Counted from the stretch's first letter, positions 38,774 to 49,251 are shown. The stretch is 64,000 bases of DNA from an uncultured Poribacteria bacterium (GCA_958296135.2 CATQHZ020000001.1:1536001-1600000); one strand, 5' to 3'. Program-made: numbers and translations. The notes: generated by a model not told the origin, from the letters alone.

Positions 38774-39943
38774 ATGAAATGGTTAAATTTCCTTCTTGCT
38801 ATATACTTTTGTGCCGGTATCGGGCCGGCTCATGCGCAAACTTCTCTGGGGGACGCGAATGCCACGTCCTCGCTGATTTTCCCTCGGGCTTTTCTAAAAG
38901 AGCAGGAGGATCGGCAGAAAGAAGGCGATTCCGCCAAAGGGGGTGCCCCGGGCGATAATCGCCAAGTCATGCCCCCCGGGGATTCAGAAACCCCTGTGCC
39001 CTCTGACAATGGGGGAACTCCTGTGCCCTCTGACAATGGGGGAACTCCTGTGCCCTCTGACAATGGGGGAACTCCTGTGCCCTCTGACAATGGGGGAACT
39101 CCTGTGCCCTCTGACAATGGGGGAACTATCGAATTCAACACGGTTGATGGCAGCGTGAAAGGCAGCTATTTTTTTCACGCGAAAGATAGTCCGTGGAGAG
39201 GCGGTCTTGAACTTCAAGGGAAGGCGATAAATGGCTACGCAAGCCTCTTCGCGAGTCAGGATATTTCATCCGACGCGGGGGTTCATGCCTTCGTTATCTA
39301 TTCGCCATCTGTTAACCACTGGTTGCTGGCGAGAGGCGGCTACCGTCATGGCGAGTATAAATTCGTTAAACTTGAATCTGGTGGCACAGTTCCTGTTGGA
39401 ATTCGGGAAGAGAAACTGCACGGTCCGTCTGCCTTTTTGCACTACAACGCGTTATGGCGTAAACAAGTCTTAACTGGATTCGCTGTGGGATACGCCCGCC
39501 AGAGTAACTATAGAGCACTCCCCCAGGTTGAAGTGACTACCGCGACACCTGCGCCATCGGGCTCAACGATGCCGACTGTGGAAAAGACCTCCATAGCCCG
39601 CGATGGGGACTATGAAACGTTTGGAACGGTGAGCGGTCACGCCGATCTGATCTGGGTTCCTCAACGCAGCAAGCACACGGCTGGTTTAGGTGTGTTTTTG
39701 CGTTATACTCGGCAGTTCAGTGAAACCCGTAGGCATCGGGTGGAACCCGGGGCAGGTCTCTTCTATTTAGGGGATCTGACTGAGAAGAATGGTGATCCGG
39801 AGAAGAATAGTTCTACGAAAGCAGAACCCGAGGAAAACTTTTTTTCAAAAATCACGGGTGGCATCACGGTGCAATGGAGGCAAGATCCGGAAACTGGAAG
39901 ATACGATCTCAGATTCGGGCTCGTCACGGGTTACAACTTTTGA
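38774..39943 (+). CDS. Secreted, probably outer-membrane beta-barrel protein with 9-aa tandem repeat
   Basis: Signal peptide (AHA), (PVPSDNGGT)x5, amphipathic strands, C-terminal GYNF. Confidence 0.7.
   Translation: MKWLNFLLAIYFCAGIGPAHAQTSLGDANATSSLIFPRAFLKEQEDRQKEGDSAKGGAPGDNRQVMPPGDSETPVPSDNGGTPVPSDNGGTPVPSDNGGTPVPSDNGGTPVPSDNGGTIEFNTVDGSVKGSYFFHAKDSPWRGGLELQGKAINGYASLFASQDISSDAGVHAFVIYSPSVNHWLLARGGYRHGEYKFVKLESGGTVPVGIREEKLHGPSAFLHYNALWRKQVLTGFAVGYARQSNYRALPQVEVTTATPAPSGSTMPTVEKTSIARDGDYETFGTVSGHADLIWVPQRSKHTAGLGVFLRYTRQFSETRRHRVEPGAGLFYLGDLTEKNGDPEKNSSTKAEPEENFFSKITGGITVQWRQDPETGRYDLRFGLVTGYNF
38993..39127 (+). repeat. Perfect 27-nt VNTR, 5 copies
   Basis: CCTGTGCCCTCTGACAATGGGGGAACT x5. 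Confidence 0.97.
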
Positions 39944-40236
39944 TCCCGCTCGCACCGCGCAGTAATTCACAACAGGCACGAATTTTGGAACGTTTCCAAT
40001 TTACGGGAGGTCCTGCACCGCTGAAAGGCAACCGCAACCTCCCGCCGTAACCCCAGACACGTTGTCTGGTAACGCAACGCGATTAATTGTCTGAATCCGC
40101 GATTCAGACAACCGAACACCCGGGCAAGCACACGAGCCTGCCCACAACTACAACAACGTAAGGGCGGATGTCTCTATCCGCCCTCTTCAGTAGGAGGGAC
40201 CTCCTGGTCCCGATACACAACAAGGAGAAATCCATC

Positions 40237-41844
40237 ATGAAAACATTAACGCTTTTTACCTTAACGCTGCTGTTAACCGCGGCGATGGCACTGCCACCCG
40301 CCACCGCCCAAGAATACGTCCATACCGACACCTTGGAAGGGCATACGCAATTTGTCTATGGGCTAGCCTTCAAGGGTAACGGGACGCTTATCAGTGGGAG
40401 TAATGACGAAACCCTCCGCGCCTGGAATGTTACCACCGGACAGCAACGCTGGAGCAAGGATGTCGGCAATCAGGTCCTCGCCGTTGCCCTCCCCTCGCAT
40501 GACCCAGACTTCATCGCCTATGGTGGACTTACGAATTATAACATTCGGATGCGCTATAGTGACGATGGCGACTGGCGCGGCGATGTGGCGGGGCATACAG
40601 GCGCTGTCTTTAGCCTCGCCTTCAAGCCGAACAGTTATCTGCTGGCGAGTGGGAGTAAGGACGACACCATCCGCATCTGGGACGTGGGTGACGTAAACAA
40701 CCTGCGGCATGTGCGCACGCTGCGCGGCCACACGGGTAATGTCATCTCGGTGGCGTGGAGCCCTGATGGGAGCACGCTGGCGAGTGCAAGTGATGATGGC
40801 ACGGTACGGTTGTGGAATCCGAACAACGGCATCAACTTCGCCGTGCTGCGGGGGCATACGGAGACTGTCAACAGCGTGGCGTGGAGTCCGGACGGTAGCA
40901 TCCTTGCGAGTGGGAGTCATGACACCACCATCCGCCTCTGGAATCCGGACACGCACGGCACCCGGCGCGTGCTGCGGGGACACACCGCGGTTGTCTATTC
41001 CTTAGCGTTTCATCCAAACGGACAGACGCTGGCGAGTGGGAGTGATGACCGCACCATCCGTTTGTGGAACCCAAACACCGGCACCCACAAAGCCACCCTC
41101 ACGGGATACGCTGATGCAATCAATGGGTTAGCCTTCTCGCCGAACGGACAGACTCTCGCCGGTCGGGGGGCTAAGCAAACAGACATCAATTTGTGGCGGT
41201 TGCTGTCGGTGGATGTCACGGGGAATGGCAGTGTCACCCGGGCGGATATCCGCGCCGTCGCAGATAACTACGGCAAAACCGTCGCCGGTGGTGCAAACCG
41301 CCGTGCAGATGTCAACAACGATGGGAAGGTTGACATTGACGATCTCATCTTGGTGGCAAAGGCAGTGGATGCGGCAGCGGCTGCGCCGGCAATTGCAAAG
41401 GGAGACATCGAGACCGGGAGGGCTCTCCTACGGGCGGCGGATGTCAAGCAGTGGATTCGTGATGCGAAGGATGCAAACGCAGACCCGGCGGGCATTGCTG
41501 CCTTGGAGCGGCTGTTGGCAACGCTCAGTAGGAGGGACCTACCGGTCCCGAAAAAGACAGTCCTGCTTGCCAACTATCCGAATCCGTTTAACCCGGAAAC
41601 GTGGATACCGTATCAATTGGCAGAGGCAGCGGAGGTTACCGTCACGATCCACGCGTCAGATGGGAAACTGGTGCGCACGCTGGCGTTAGGGCAGTTGCCA
41701 GCGGGTGTGTATCAGACGCAGGCCCGCGCCGCGTATTGGGATGGCCGTAATGCGCAAGGAGAACCTGTTGCGAGCGGCGTGTATTTCTACACGCTGCAGG
41801 CCGGTGATTTCATCGCAACGAAGAAGATGGTGATAAGGAAATAG
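40237..41844 (+). CDS. Secreted WD40 propeller + dockerin + FlgD-Ig/T9SS-like C-terminal domain
   Basis: GH..WSPDG..ASGS.D.TIRLW repeats, DVNNDGKVDIDDL, NYPNPFNPETWIPY...WDG.N..GE.VASGVYFY. Confidence 0.9.
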   Translation: MKTLTLFTLTLLLTAAMALPPATAQEYVHTDTLEGHTQFVYGLAFKGNGTLISGSNDETLRAWNVTTGQQRWSKDVGNQVLAVALPSHDPDFIAYGGLTNYNIRMRYSDDGDWRGDVAGHTGAVFSLAFKPNSYLLASGSKDDTIRIWDVGDVNNLRHVRTLRGHTGNVISVAWSPDGSTLASASDDGTVRLWNPNNGINFAVLRGHTETVNSVAWSPDGSILASGSHDTTIRLWNPDTHGTRRVLRGHTAVVYSLAFHPNGQTLASGSDDRTIRLWNPNTGTHKATLTGYADAINGLAFSPNGQTLAGRGAKQTDINLWRLLSVDVTGNGSVTRADIRAVADNYGKTVAGGANRRADVNNDGKVDIDDLILVAKAVDAAAAAPAIAKGDIETGRALLRAADVKQWIRDAKDANADPAGIAALERLLATLSRRDLPVPKKTVLLANYPNPFNPETWIPYQLAEAAEVTVTIHASDGKLVRTLALGQLPAGVYQTQARAAYWDGRNAQGEPVASGVYFYTLQAGDFIATKKMVIRK

Positions 41845-41849
41845 GAAAA

Positions 41850-42530
41850 CGCGCCGCGGCCCGTAGGGCGCTGTCTTGTGCCTCGCCAGGCCGCGCGCGT
41901 CCCTTTTCCCGTAGGGCGCTGTCCTGTGCCTCGCCATGCAGCGATCGCATCAGAAAACGGCAGAAGCCCGGGGCCCCGCGACGGTTTTCGTAGCGGTCGG
42001 GAGATCGCGAGGGGAACCCTCGGCGATTCGCGATCGCCGGGCCCTCGCGCTACGGTAACAGCGGCTGTCCGCACCGTAGGGCGAGGTCCTGTGCCTCGCC
42101 ATGCTTGAGCGCATCAGAAAGCGTTCGCGGCCGTTGGGCTGCGGGCGTTTTTCCTATGGGTCGAGAGATCGCGGCGGACAGGCCGCCGCGCTACGGTGCA
42201 AGTGGCGTTTTTCGTGTCGTTGAAAACTCGCGGCGTGACGGCCCCCGCGCTACGGTGGTGAGACGCAAATCGGCCCCGCAGCCCGTAGGGCGAGGGCCTG
42301 TCCCTCGCCATGCTTGAGCGCATCAGAAAGCGTTCGCGGCCGTTGGGCTGCGGGCGTTTTTCCTATGGGTCGAGAGATCGCGGCGGACAGGCCGCCGCGC
42401 TACGGTGCAAGTGGCGTTTTTCGTAGCGGTCGGGGGATCGCGAGGGACAGGCCCTCGCGCTACGGTGAAAGGGCCGTTTTTCGTGTCGTTGAAAACTCGC
42501 GGCGTGACGGCCCCCGCGCTACGGTGCAAG
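41850..42530. repeat. Large composite REP array (BIME-like) with a ~209-nt internal duplication
   Basis: CCGTAGGGCGAGG..CCTCGCCATGCTTGAGCGCATCAGAAAGC unit at ~42075 and ~42284; many CGCGCTACGG copies. Confidence 0.9.
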
Positions 42531-42557
42531 TGACCGTAGAAAGAAATTTCTTCGCCG

Positions 42558-44057
42558 CTACCTCCAAAAAAGCGGCAAAATGTGCGGCACTATCACCTTC
42601 TGGATAACCGTCAACGTCCCGAAAATGGAATAGAATCCCGCACACAAAACTAAGCCGATTTGTTTCCAGACCGGCGGTTGGATCTCCTTCGGTAAGAACT
42701 TCCGATTGACGTAGAGGGTGTGAAGCGAGGTAATCACGAGTAGGTAACCGCCGACTGTCGCTGATACCAAGATCATGAAAAACGGTTTGGCGAGATACAT
42801 CGCGATGACTCCCCACACGATGTAGACGACGAGGATCGGATAGTAAATCCACTTCGCGCCGTGTTCGCCCAGTTTGCGGCTGCTTTTAAACCCGGTCCAG
42901 ATAATATCGGTATACCGTCGCGGGACTCCGTCTACGCCGCCGAGTTGCGTTGAAAACAGCACCCAAAATCCGCATAGCAAGGTGAGATACCAGAGGGCTC
43001 TGCCGCCTTTTTCCGCGAGTCCTTCCGCTTGGAATGCTGCGGCAGACCACTGGTCGATCGCCTGTCCGGCAGGGACGAACGCTAGTGTCAGCATTGCCGG
43101 TAGCGCGAGCCCGACAAAGCAGCCGATCAGCCAGATGTAGTATTGCTCAAAGCGCGCGTATTTCCACCACTCGCGGAACCGTGCAAGGTTTTCGGGGGTA
43201 ATACGAAACACTTTTCCCCAGTGCGAGAGCGTCACATTTTGCCCGCCGATGATGGAAGGAATCGCGCCGACGAGACTGCTCATGCCCCATCCTTTGTCAC
43301 GGACATAGTTGGTAATGGTGACGTTGCCTAAGCCGCCACTCCCGGCATAAGCGGCGAACGCGCCGAGCAAAACCCAATCTACCTGTCCACCGTCGGTTGC
43401 CTGCGGCAACGCGCCGAAACTGAAGAAGCCTTTGACGACACTCCACCACACACTGGGCGGCACCAGAAACAGGTCGATGATGACGAGGTAGCCGAGGATC
43501 CAGACTACCATGAACAATTGCACCTTTTCCAGCGAGTTGTAAATCTTGCCGCCGAACAGCACAATGCCGAGACAGACGAAAAAGATGGCGAACGCGAAGA
43601 GGCGGACCGTGCCGCCATCGGCATCCTGCGGCATATAGCCTAACCATGCAGCGGCGAGTGCCGTTGCAGCTGTCATTGCCCAACCGGGCCAGATGCCGAA
43701 GAAGTCAACAGCGGAATAAAAAATTGCCCAGAACCGCGCGCCCGGCTTGCATCGCATGTAGCCGCTCAGCATCGGTTCGCCGGTATAGAGGGTATAGCGG
43801 ATCGCTTCGGTGTTGAGGACTGCCTGCAGCAAAATCGCGAAGGTGGCAATCCAGAGCAGACGGCCGCCATATTGTGCGGTAATCGCCGGCCCCAGCAGCC
43901 ATTCGCCGCTGCCGATGGAACCGCCTAAGGCGATGATGCCGGGTCCCAAAATGCTCCGAAATGCTTTTCCGAATTGATAACGAGGCGGCGCGGGGAGTTC
44001 CGCAACCTCCCAATCGGGAAGCGCGCCGCCGTGAACCCGTTCGTGTGTTTCTGCCAT
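42558..44057 (-). CDS. Nramp-like/APC-superfamily membrane transporter
   Basis: LGPGIIALGGSIGSGEWLLGP; about 11 hydrophobic helices. Confidence 0.8.
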   Translation of the reverse strand: MAETHERVHGGALPDWEVAELPAPPRYQFGKAFRSILGPGIIALGGSIGSGEWLLGPAITAQYGGRLLWIATFAILLQAVLNTEAIRYTLYTGEPMLSGYMRCKPGARFWAIFYSAVDFFGIWPGWAMTAATALAAAWLGYMPQDADGGTVRLFAFAIFFVCLGIVLFGGKIYNSLEKVQLFMVVWILGYLVIIDLFLVPPSVWWSVVKGFFSFGALPQATDGGQVDWVLLGAFAAYAGSGGLGNVTITNYVRDKGWGMSSLVGAIPSIIGGQNVTLSHWGKVFRITPENLARFREWWKYARFEQYYIWLIGCFVGLALPAMLTLAFVPAGQAIDQWSAAAFQAEGLAEKGGRALWYLTLLCGFWVLFSTQLGGVDGVPRRYTDIIWTGFKSSRKLGEHGAKWIYYPILVVYIVWGVIAMYLAKPFFMILVSATVGGYLLVITSLHTLYVNRKFLPKEIQPPVWKQIGLVLCAGFYSIFGTLTVIQKVIVPHILPLFWR

Positions 44058-44061
44058 AGTG

Positions 44062-45090
44062 TTACCACTCCCAGAAAATTGCAACGTCTAACTTCTCAGC
44101 GATGCCCGCGAGGCTTTGGAGATGGTCGCGGTGGATAGGGATGCCGCTCTCGCGCCACTTGTCGTAGTTATTCCACTCAATTTCGCCGGGGAGGAACGCC
44201 TGCTCTACGCCTTCCGCCGTTTTCGAGGCGTGAATCTTGTCTATCCCGTGCTGAAGTTCGGCGACGTAGGCATCGTAATCCGTGAAACTAGAGACGTTTA
44301 TCGCCATAAAGAAGTGCTCCGAGGGATCGTCGGCTTTGTTGCATGCCATCAATCCGCCACACAAGGGCCCCGCCAAAATGCCCATGATGAGTGCCAAACC
44401 GTAGCCCCTTGGTCCTGCTGCGGGTGCGAGTAAACGGCTATTGCCCGGGTCATCGGTGGGTTGCCCTTTGTCGTCCAAAAGCCAACCTTTCGGAATCGGT
44501 TTGCCATACATCCGCAGTGTGCCGATTTTCCCCCAGGCGGATGCACCGCACGCCATGTCCAGCACAATCGGATGTCCATCGCCGATAGGCAGTGCGTAAC
44601 TCATCGCGTTGTTTGCCACGACTGCCTCTGCGCCGCCGGGTGCGGCTACGGAGGGATGCCCTGTGTTTGTCGTTGAAAACCCGATGAGTTGTTCGGATGC
44701 CGCCATGATGGAATAGCATCCCGCCGCCCCGAAATGCCCGGCGTTACGGACGCCCGCGGCGGCCACCCCGGTCACCTTTGCTTTCTCGATTGCTGTCTGC
44801 ATCGCGAGAGTGCTGGCGAGGTGTCCTATGCCGTTGTCGCCATCAACTACGGCGAAACCCGGTCCTTCCGTGATGATGCGCAGCTCTGGTTGAGGGTTCA
44901 TCTTTCCTTCAAGCACTTGGCTGAGGTATCCAGGTAAGGCGCGTGTGCCATGTGAATGCACGCCGCGCAGATCAGTTTGCACTTGCAGTTTCGCCATTTG
45001 TTCTGCGTCTTCGGGGCGGAGTCCTGCCTTGTCACAAAGCGTCCGGGCGAAATCGTGCAATTTCGTTGCGTCTACCACAATCTCCTGCAT
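44062..45090 (-). CDS. Ldh_2 family (malate/L-lactate/L-sulfolactate) dehydrogenase
   Basis: RGVHSHG, HFGAAG, LDMA, LPGE. Confidence 0.88.
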   Translation of the reverse strand: MQEIVVDATKLHDFARTLCDKAGLRPEDAEQMAKLQVQTDLRGVHSHGTRALPGYLSQVLEGKMNPQPELRIITEGPGFAVVDGDNGIGHLASTLAMQTAIEKAKVTGVAAAGVRNAGHFGAAGCYSIMAASEQLIGFSTTNTGHPSVAAPGGAEAVVANNAMSYALPIGDGHPIVLDMACGASAWGKIGTLRMYGKPIPKGWLLDDKGQPTDDPGNSRLLAPAAGPRGYGLALIMGILAGPLCGGLMACNKADDPSEHFFMAINVSSFTDYDAYVAELQHGIDKIHASKTAEGVEQAFLPGEIEWNNYDKWRESGIPIHRDHLQSLAGIAEKLDVAIFWEW

Positions 45091-45293
45091 AAGAAGCTCC
45101 TGAATAGAGTGTTGCTTTAGTTTAGCAAAAATCGTTTTATGCGTCAAGCGGAAAATGGGAGGCGCAACAGAAAACCATCAGCGGCCCTCGCGCTACGGAG
45201 AAAAGGAAGGAAAGGGTTAGGATCAGGCAGGTGCAAACAAGGCGAGGGATAGGTTTCCCTCGCCCTGCGGATGAAAGGAGGGAAGGTGTGAAG

Positions 45294-45899
45294 TTAACGC
45301 GTGCCTTTCAACGCGCCCCACGTCGTCGTCACTTTACCTGCCGGTTCAACGGGAGTTGTTGACAATTCGCCGACGGTTTTGCGGAAATACACGTCATCTT
45401 CAACATCATTTGGGCCCACCCAGACCCAGAATGCTGTGGAGCCCGGGTCTTTCAGGGTTTGGCGCATCGTGTCTGCGCCGAAGCCCCAGATGCCCTCGCC
45501 AAACGGATCCAGTTGCGTGGCATTGTCCCAGCCGCTATCGTCAAAATCGGGTTGTTCCCATCCGTCGGTTCGCTCTTCGAGAGGAACACCGGCGTTCGCC
45601 TTCCAGGTATCGTCGGAGGGGATATACGTGCCATCGTCAAGGATGACATCGAACAAGGCACCGCCGCGTCCGGCGGCACCGGGTTCGGCATCGTGCACGT
45701 AGACAGCGATGACAGCGTACCCGTCGGGCATGTCAAACTCGGTGATGCTGGCTTGCTGCCAGTTGTCGCCTTCCGCGACTTGCTCGCCGTTGACGAAGCC
45801 TACCCAGGAATTATCGCCGTTGATACGTAGCGTCGCCGCCCACGGGCTCGTGGTGGCAATCGCTAAAATCAGCAGTGTTGCAACAAAAAGTTTTTTCAT
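45294..45899 (-). CDS. Secreted jelly-roll/lectin-like protein, paralog A
   Basis: Signal peptide, GDNSWVGFVNG, WEQPDFDDSGW, C-terminal VEPAGKVTTTWGALK. Confidence 0.75.
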   Translation of the reverse strand: MKKLFVATLLILAIATTSPWAATLRINGDNSWVGFVNGEQVAEGDNWQQASITEFDMPDGYAVIAVYVHDAEPGAAGRGGALFDVILDDGTYIPSDDTWKANAGVPLEERTDGWEQPDFDDSGWDNATQLDPFGEGIWGFGADTMRQTLKDPGSTAFWVWVGPNDVEDDVYFRKTVGELSTTPVEPAGKVTTTWGALKGTR

Positions 45900-45982
45900 T
45901 GATGAATCTCCTTTTCAGTTTTATGCTAAATTGCGTTAGCGGCGAGTTCAGGCGAACTCGCCCTACAGAGAAGACCAGGAGG

Positions 45983-46618
45983 CTACCTTGCCTCCCGCTT
46001 AATTCGTGCCCACGTCGTCGCGAGCTTGTCTTGCGGTTCAACTGGGAGTGTGCCGACGGTGTAACGAAAATAAATGTCGTCTTCCGCGTCGTTTGGCCCG
46101 CACCACACCCAGAATGCCTCACAATCCGGGTCTTTCAGGATTTGGCGCATCTGTGCGGCACCGAAGCCCCAGATGCCGGCCCCGAATTGTTCGTAAATTT
46201 CAAGTTCGTCTTCCCATTTGCTATCGTCGAAGTCAACTTCTTCCCAGCCGTCCTTCCGGTCGGCGATAGGTTTGCCGGTATCACACCGCCAGCCTTCTTC
46301 GCCGGTGCCGATGTATTCCGGATCATCGTCAAGAATGATGTCGGCGAGAAACCCGCCTCTGCCAGCGGCACCGGGTTCTGCGTCGTGGACATAGATAGCA
46401 ATCAGGGCGAAGCCCTTGTCAAGTTTAAACTCGCTGACGGTGGGCTGCTGCCAATTGTTGTGGGCGGCGACTTCTTCGCCGTTGACAAACGCAACCCAGC
46501 TGTTATCGCCGCTGATGCGCAGAACGCCGTTTTTGGGTTCGGCGTTTGCAGCGGGGCTGAGAAGCATTCCAATGAGCAAGAGTGCGAGTGTTAAACGTCC
46601 CGTGAATTGGGTATTCAT
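45983..46618 (-). CDS. Secreted jelly-roll/lectin-like protein, paralog B
   Basis: GDNSWVAFVNG, WEEVDFDDSKW, C-terminal VEPQDKLATTWARIK. Confidence 0.75.
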   Translation of the reverse strand: MNTQFTGRLTLALLLIGMLLSPAANAEPKNGVLRISGDNSWVAFVNGEEVAAHNNWQQPTVSEFKLDKGFALIAIYVHDAEPGAAGRGGFLADIILDDDPEYIGTGEEGWRCDTGKPIADRKDGWEEVDFDDSKWEDELEIYEQFGAGIWGFGAAQMRQILKDPDCEAFWVWCGPNDAEDDIYFRYTVGTLPVEPQDKLATTWARIKREAR

Positions 46619-46709
46619 AAAAACCTCCGTTTTTTGTTTTTTACTAGATTGTCCTGTCTATAGTTCGGGCTCGGGCGAGCTCAAACTACAGCGGAGCGAC
46701 AATTTAGCG

Positions 46710-48002
46710 TCATTTTGGATCAGGTATCATTTCAAATTCGCGATAGAGCGAGAGCAACCCATCGGCGGTATTGTCATTGAAGAGGCTCCGCGCGTAGGGT
46801 TCATAAGGCGCGTACTGCTCCTTAAAATAGTAGACGATGGATTCCTGTTTTGGTTCAACCTGATGTTTATCAATTGCTTCATATAAAGCGCGATAGGGTG
46901 GCCAGTGGCGTAATTGTTCGTGGAAGATGAGCTCTGCATCTGCGCCTGCATCGGCGTAAATCTTGCCTAAAGGCGTGAGCGCGTAGGTAACTCGCCTCCC
47001 TACCGGCTGTTTTTCAACCAGGCCGAGGATAGAGAGGTTATCTAACGCCTTGCGCACTCCGGTATCTCCTGTTTTCCAATCGCGTTCCTCCAACCACCTG
47101 CGAAGGATGCGGCGCGTCCGGTTTGGACAGGCGTTGACCGCGGCCGCCGTAATCTTCATCGCACTATAGACGCGGGCGGAATAGCCTAACAAAGTATCTT
47201 CCACCTGCCATGCCTCCCACAGGCTGAGTTCTGATTGCCGGTCGGCGATGTAGCGCGCTTCCTGCGTCTCTTGCAGGAACCGGAAATGCCCTGCGCCGAA
47301 TTGCGTCTGCGCAAGTCGGAGCCGCGGCAAACGGCGGAGCCACTTCTCCAATTCATTAGGAAAACAGATAAATTCGGGAAACCCCTCAAGCGTTTCAAAT
47401 TGGGGCTGTGAATCAAGTTGGAGGCGTGACTGATACTTCCCGGTGCCGCCGATGATGCAATTCCCTTCTATTCCAAAGGCATCTAACAGCACGGAGGCAT
47501 ATTTCTCACCGGGTGCGATTCGCGATAAAACGTGTGGACGTAGCGCGCGCCAATTGATGAGGAGAATCTCCAGTGACGGTTCCTGCCGTTGCCATTCGTG
47601 AACGCTTGCGTCAAACCCATTGAGAGAGACGCAGACGATGCCCCTGCACGCCAGGTCGTGGGCGGCTTGCAAGCGGCGTTCAATATGTAAATCCGAGAGA
47701 GTTGCAGCGCGTTTCTCGAAGAATTTCGCCTCCAATAGATAGCGGTTCTCGCCATCCCACAAAATCCCATCGCATTGATAGAGGGTGCCGGAATCGCCAT
47801 ACAGACAACTCGACCATTCCTTAACCTCCAAACTCCGCACGGAGTTGTAGTAGCTGAGGATGAGGTGTTCAAAGGCGATGCCGCGCTTTGATGGCGAAGA
47901 TGGCAACGCAATTTTCGGCACGTCTTCGCCTCTTAAGACGAAGGGGGCCGCATCCTCTTTCAGAGCGGTAAAGGCTGTGGGGTGTGCGTAGATATATGCC
48001 AT
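46710..48002 (-). CDS. Putative PD-(D/E)XK restriction-type endonuclease with C-terminal winged helix
   Basis: GIAFEHL..QCDG..LLEAK; LSILGLVEK..YALTPLG. Confidence 0.6.
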   Translation of the reverse strand: MAYIYAHPTAFTALKEDAAPFVLRGEDVPKIALPSSPSKRGIAFEHLILSYYNSVRSLEVKEWSSCLYGDSGTLYQCDGILWDGENRYLLEAKFFEKRAATLSDLHIERRLQAAHDLACRGIVCVSLNGFDASVHEWQRQEPSLEILLINWRALRPHVLSRIAPGEKYASVLLDAFGIEGNCIIGGTGKYQSRLQLDSQPQFETLEGFPEFICFPNELEKWLRRLPRLRLAQTQFGAGHFRFLQETQEARYIADRQSELSLWEAWQVEDTLLGYSARVYSAMKITAAAVNACPNRTRRILRRWLEERDWKTGDTGVRKALDNLSILGLVEKQPVGRRVTYALTPLGKIYADAGADAELIFHEQLRHWPPYRALYEAIDKHQVEPKQESIVYYFKEQYAPYEPYARSLFNDNTADGLLSLYREFEMIPDPK

Positions 48003-48155
48003 CGTTGATTTCCAAGGTTCCGCGCTGTAGGAGGGACCTCCTGGTCCCGATACCGCATGCATCGAGACAGGGAGGGCTCTCCTACTTCATCTGAGCCCGA
48101 ACAAGTCAAGACCGGGCGAACTCCACCTACAAGTTACGGACGGTTTTGCGTCGTC

Positions 48156-49043
48156 CTAGAGAGCCAACCGGCCGGCGAGGTCTGCCACGAACTGATAGGC
48201 GGCGCGCCCTGAGCGTCCACTTGAGGATGCCTCCCACTCTAACGCGGCGCGCCGTAACTCTGCCGGCGGAACGGAAAGCCCCCGTTTTTGTGCGTAATGC
48301 GAAACGATTTGTAAATAGGTATCCTGCGTAATCCGATAGAAAGCGAGGCGCAGACCGAACCGGTCGCTCAAGGAGACCTTCTCTTCGGTTGCCTCGCGTG
48401 GATAGAGCTCGTCTTCGTCGTTTTGCGGATATTGGTTCTCACGCACCTGTCGCGGCATTAAGTGCCGGCGATTGGAGGTGGCGTAAATCAGCACGTTATC
48501 GGGACAGGCGGCGATGCCGCCTTCCAGCATCGCCTTCAGTTCGCGATATTCGGGTTCGTCTTGGTTAAACGCCAGATCATCGCAGAAGAGGATGTATCGT
48601 TCCGGACGTTCCCACAGCAGTTCTGCGATATCCTGCAGGTGCGCGAGCCCCTCTTTCCCGATGCCGATGAGACGGAGTCCATCGTCGGCATAGCGCGCCA
48701 ACATCGCTTTCACGAGAGAGGATTTGCCGGTGCCTCTGTCTCCCCAGAGGAGGGCGTGGTTTGCGGGGAGTCCTCGTAGAAATTGCCGCGTATTCCGATC
48801 TAACGCCGTGCATTGTGCGTCTATCCCGATGAGGTCTGCGCTATCAACGAGGTGCGGGTGTTTCACCGGTACGAGCGTTTGTGTTCGCCACCGAAAGGCG
48901 ATGTAATCGTCAAGGCAACCGTCGGTGCTGGCGGTTTGCGCGTCCAAACGGGTTAGCAGACTATCCGCTTTTTCCAGCAGTTGCGTGAAAAGGGGGAAGA
49001 TGTCCTCCGGATTCGCATTTTTCGTTTCAGATTCAATAGACAT
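48156..49043 (-). CDS. DUF815 AAA+ ATPase
   Basis: LLWGDRGTGKSS, FCDDL, YATSNRRHL, SLSDRFG, RSGR. Confidence 0.92.
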   Translation of the reverse strand: MSIESETKNANPEDIFPLFTQLLEKADSLLTRLDAQTASTDGCLDDYIAFRWRTQTLVPVKHPHLVDSADLIGIDAQCTALDRNTRQFLRGLPANHALLWGDRGTGKSSLVKAMLARYADDGLRLIGIGKEGLAHLQDIAELLWERPERYILFCDDLAFNQDEPEYRELKAMLEGGIAACPDNVLIYATSNRRHLMPRQVRENQYPQNDEDELYPREATEEKVSLSDRFGLRLAFYRITQDTYLQIVSHYAQKRGLSVPPAELRRAALEWEASSSGRSGRAAYQFVADLAGRLAL

Positions 49044-49056
49044 ACGTAAATTGATT

Positions 49057-49251
49057 TCACCTTTCAGTGGGATTGAAGATCCGCTTCAGCCATCGCTCAA
49101 TCTCAGACTCTTTGGCCTCAGCCTCTTTGGCAATTGCCTTCAACAGCCACATGCCGCCCCATCTGAGCCCTAATGCTATCGTTAGTGCGCCTAGGACTAT
49201 CCAAACAGGTGCAGTTATCAATAGAGTTACCAATGATGCGATTGTTTCCAT
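49057..49251 (-). CDS. Small membrane protein
   Basis: Hydrophobic N-terminal half, GGAGG SD, upstream TTGACA/TAAAAT-like promoter. Confidence 0.6.
   Translation of the reverse strand: METIASLVTLLITAPVWIVLGALTIALGLRWGGMWLLKAIAKEAEAKESEIERWLKRIFNPTER

Noticed and set aside
38993-39127. Possible CRISPR array
   Set aside because: Units are contiguous with no spacers and lie in frame in a CDS
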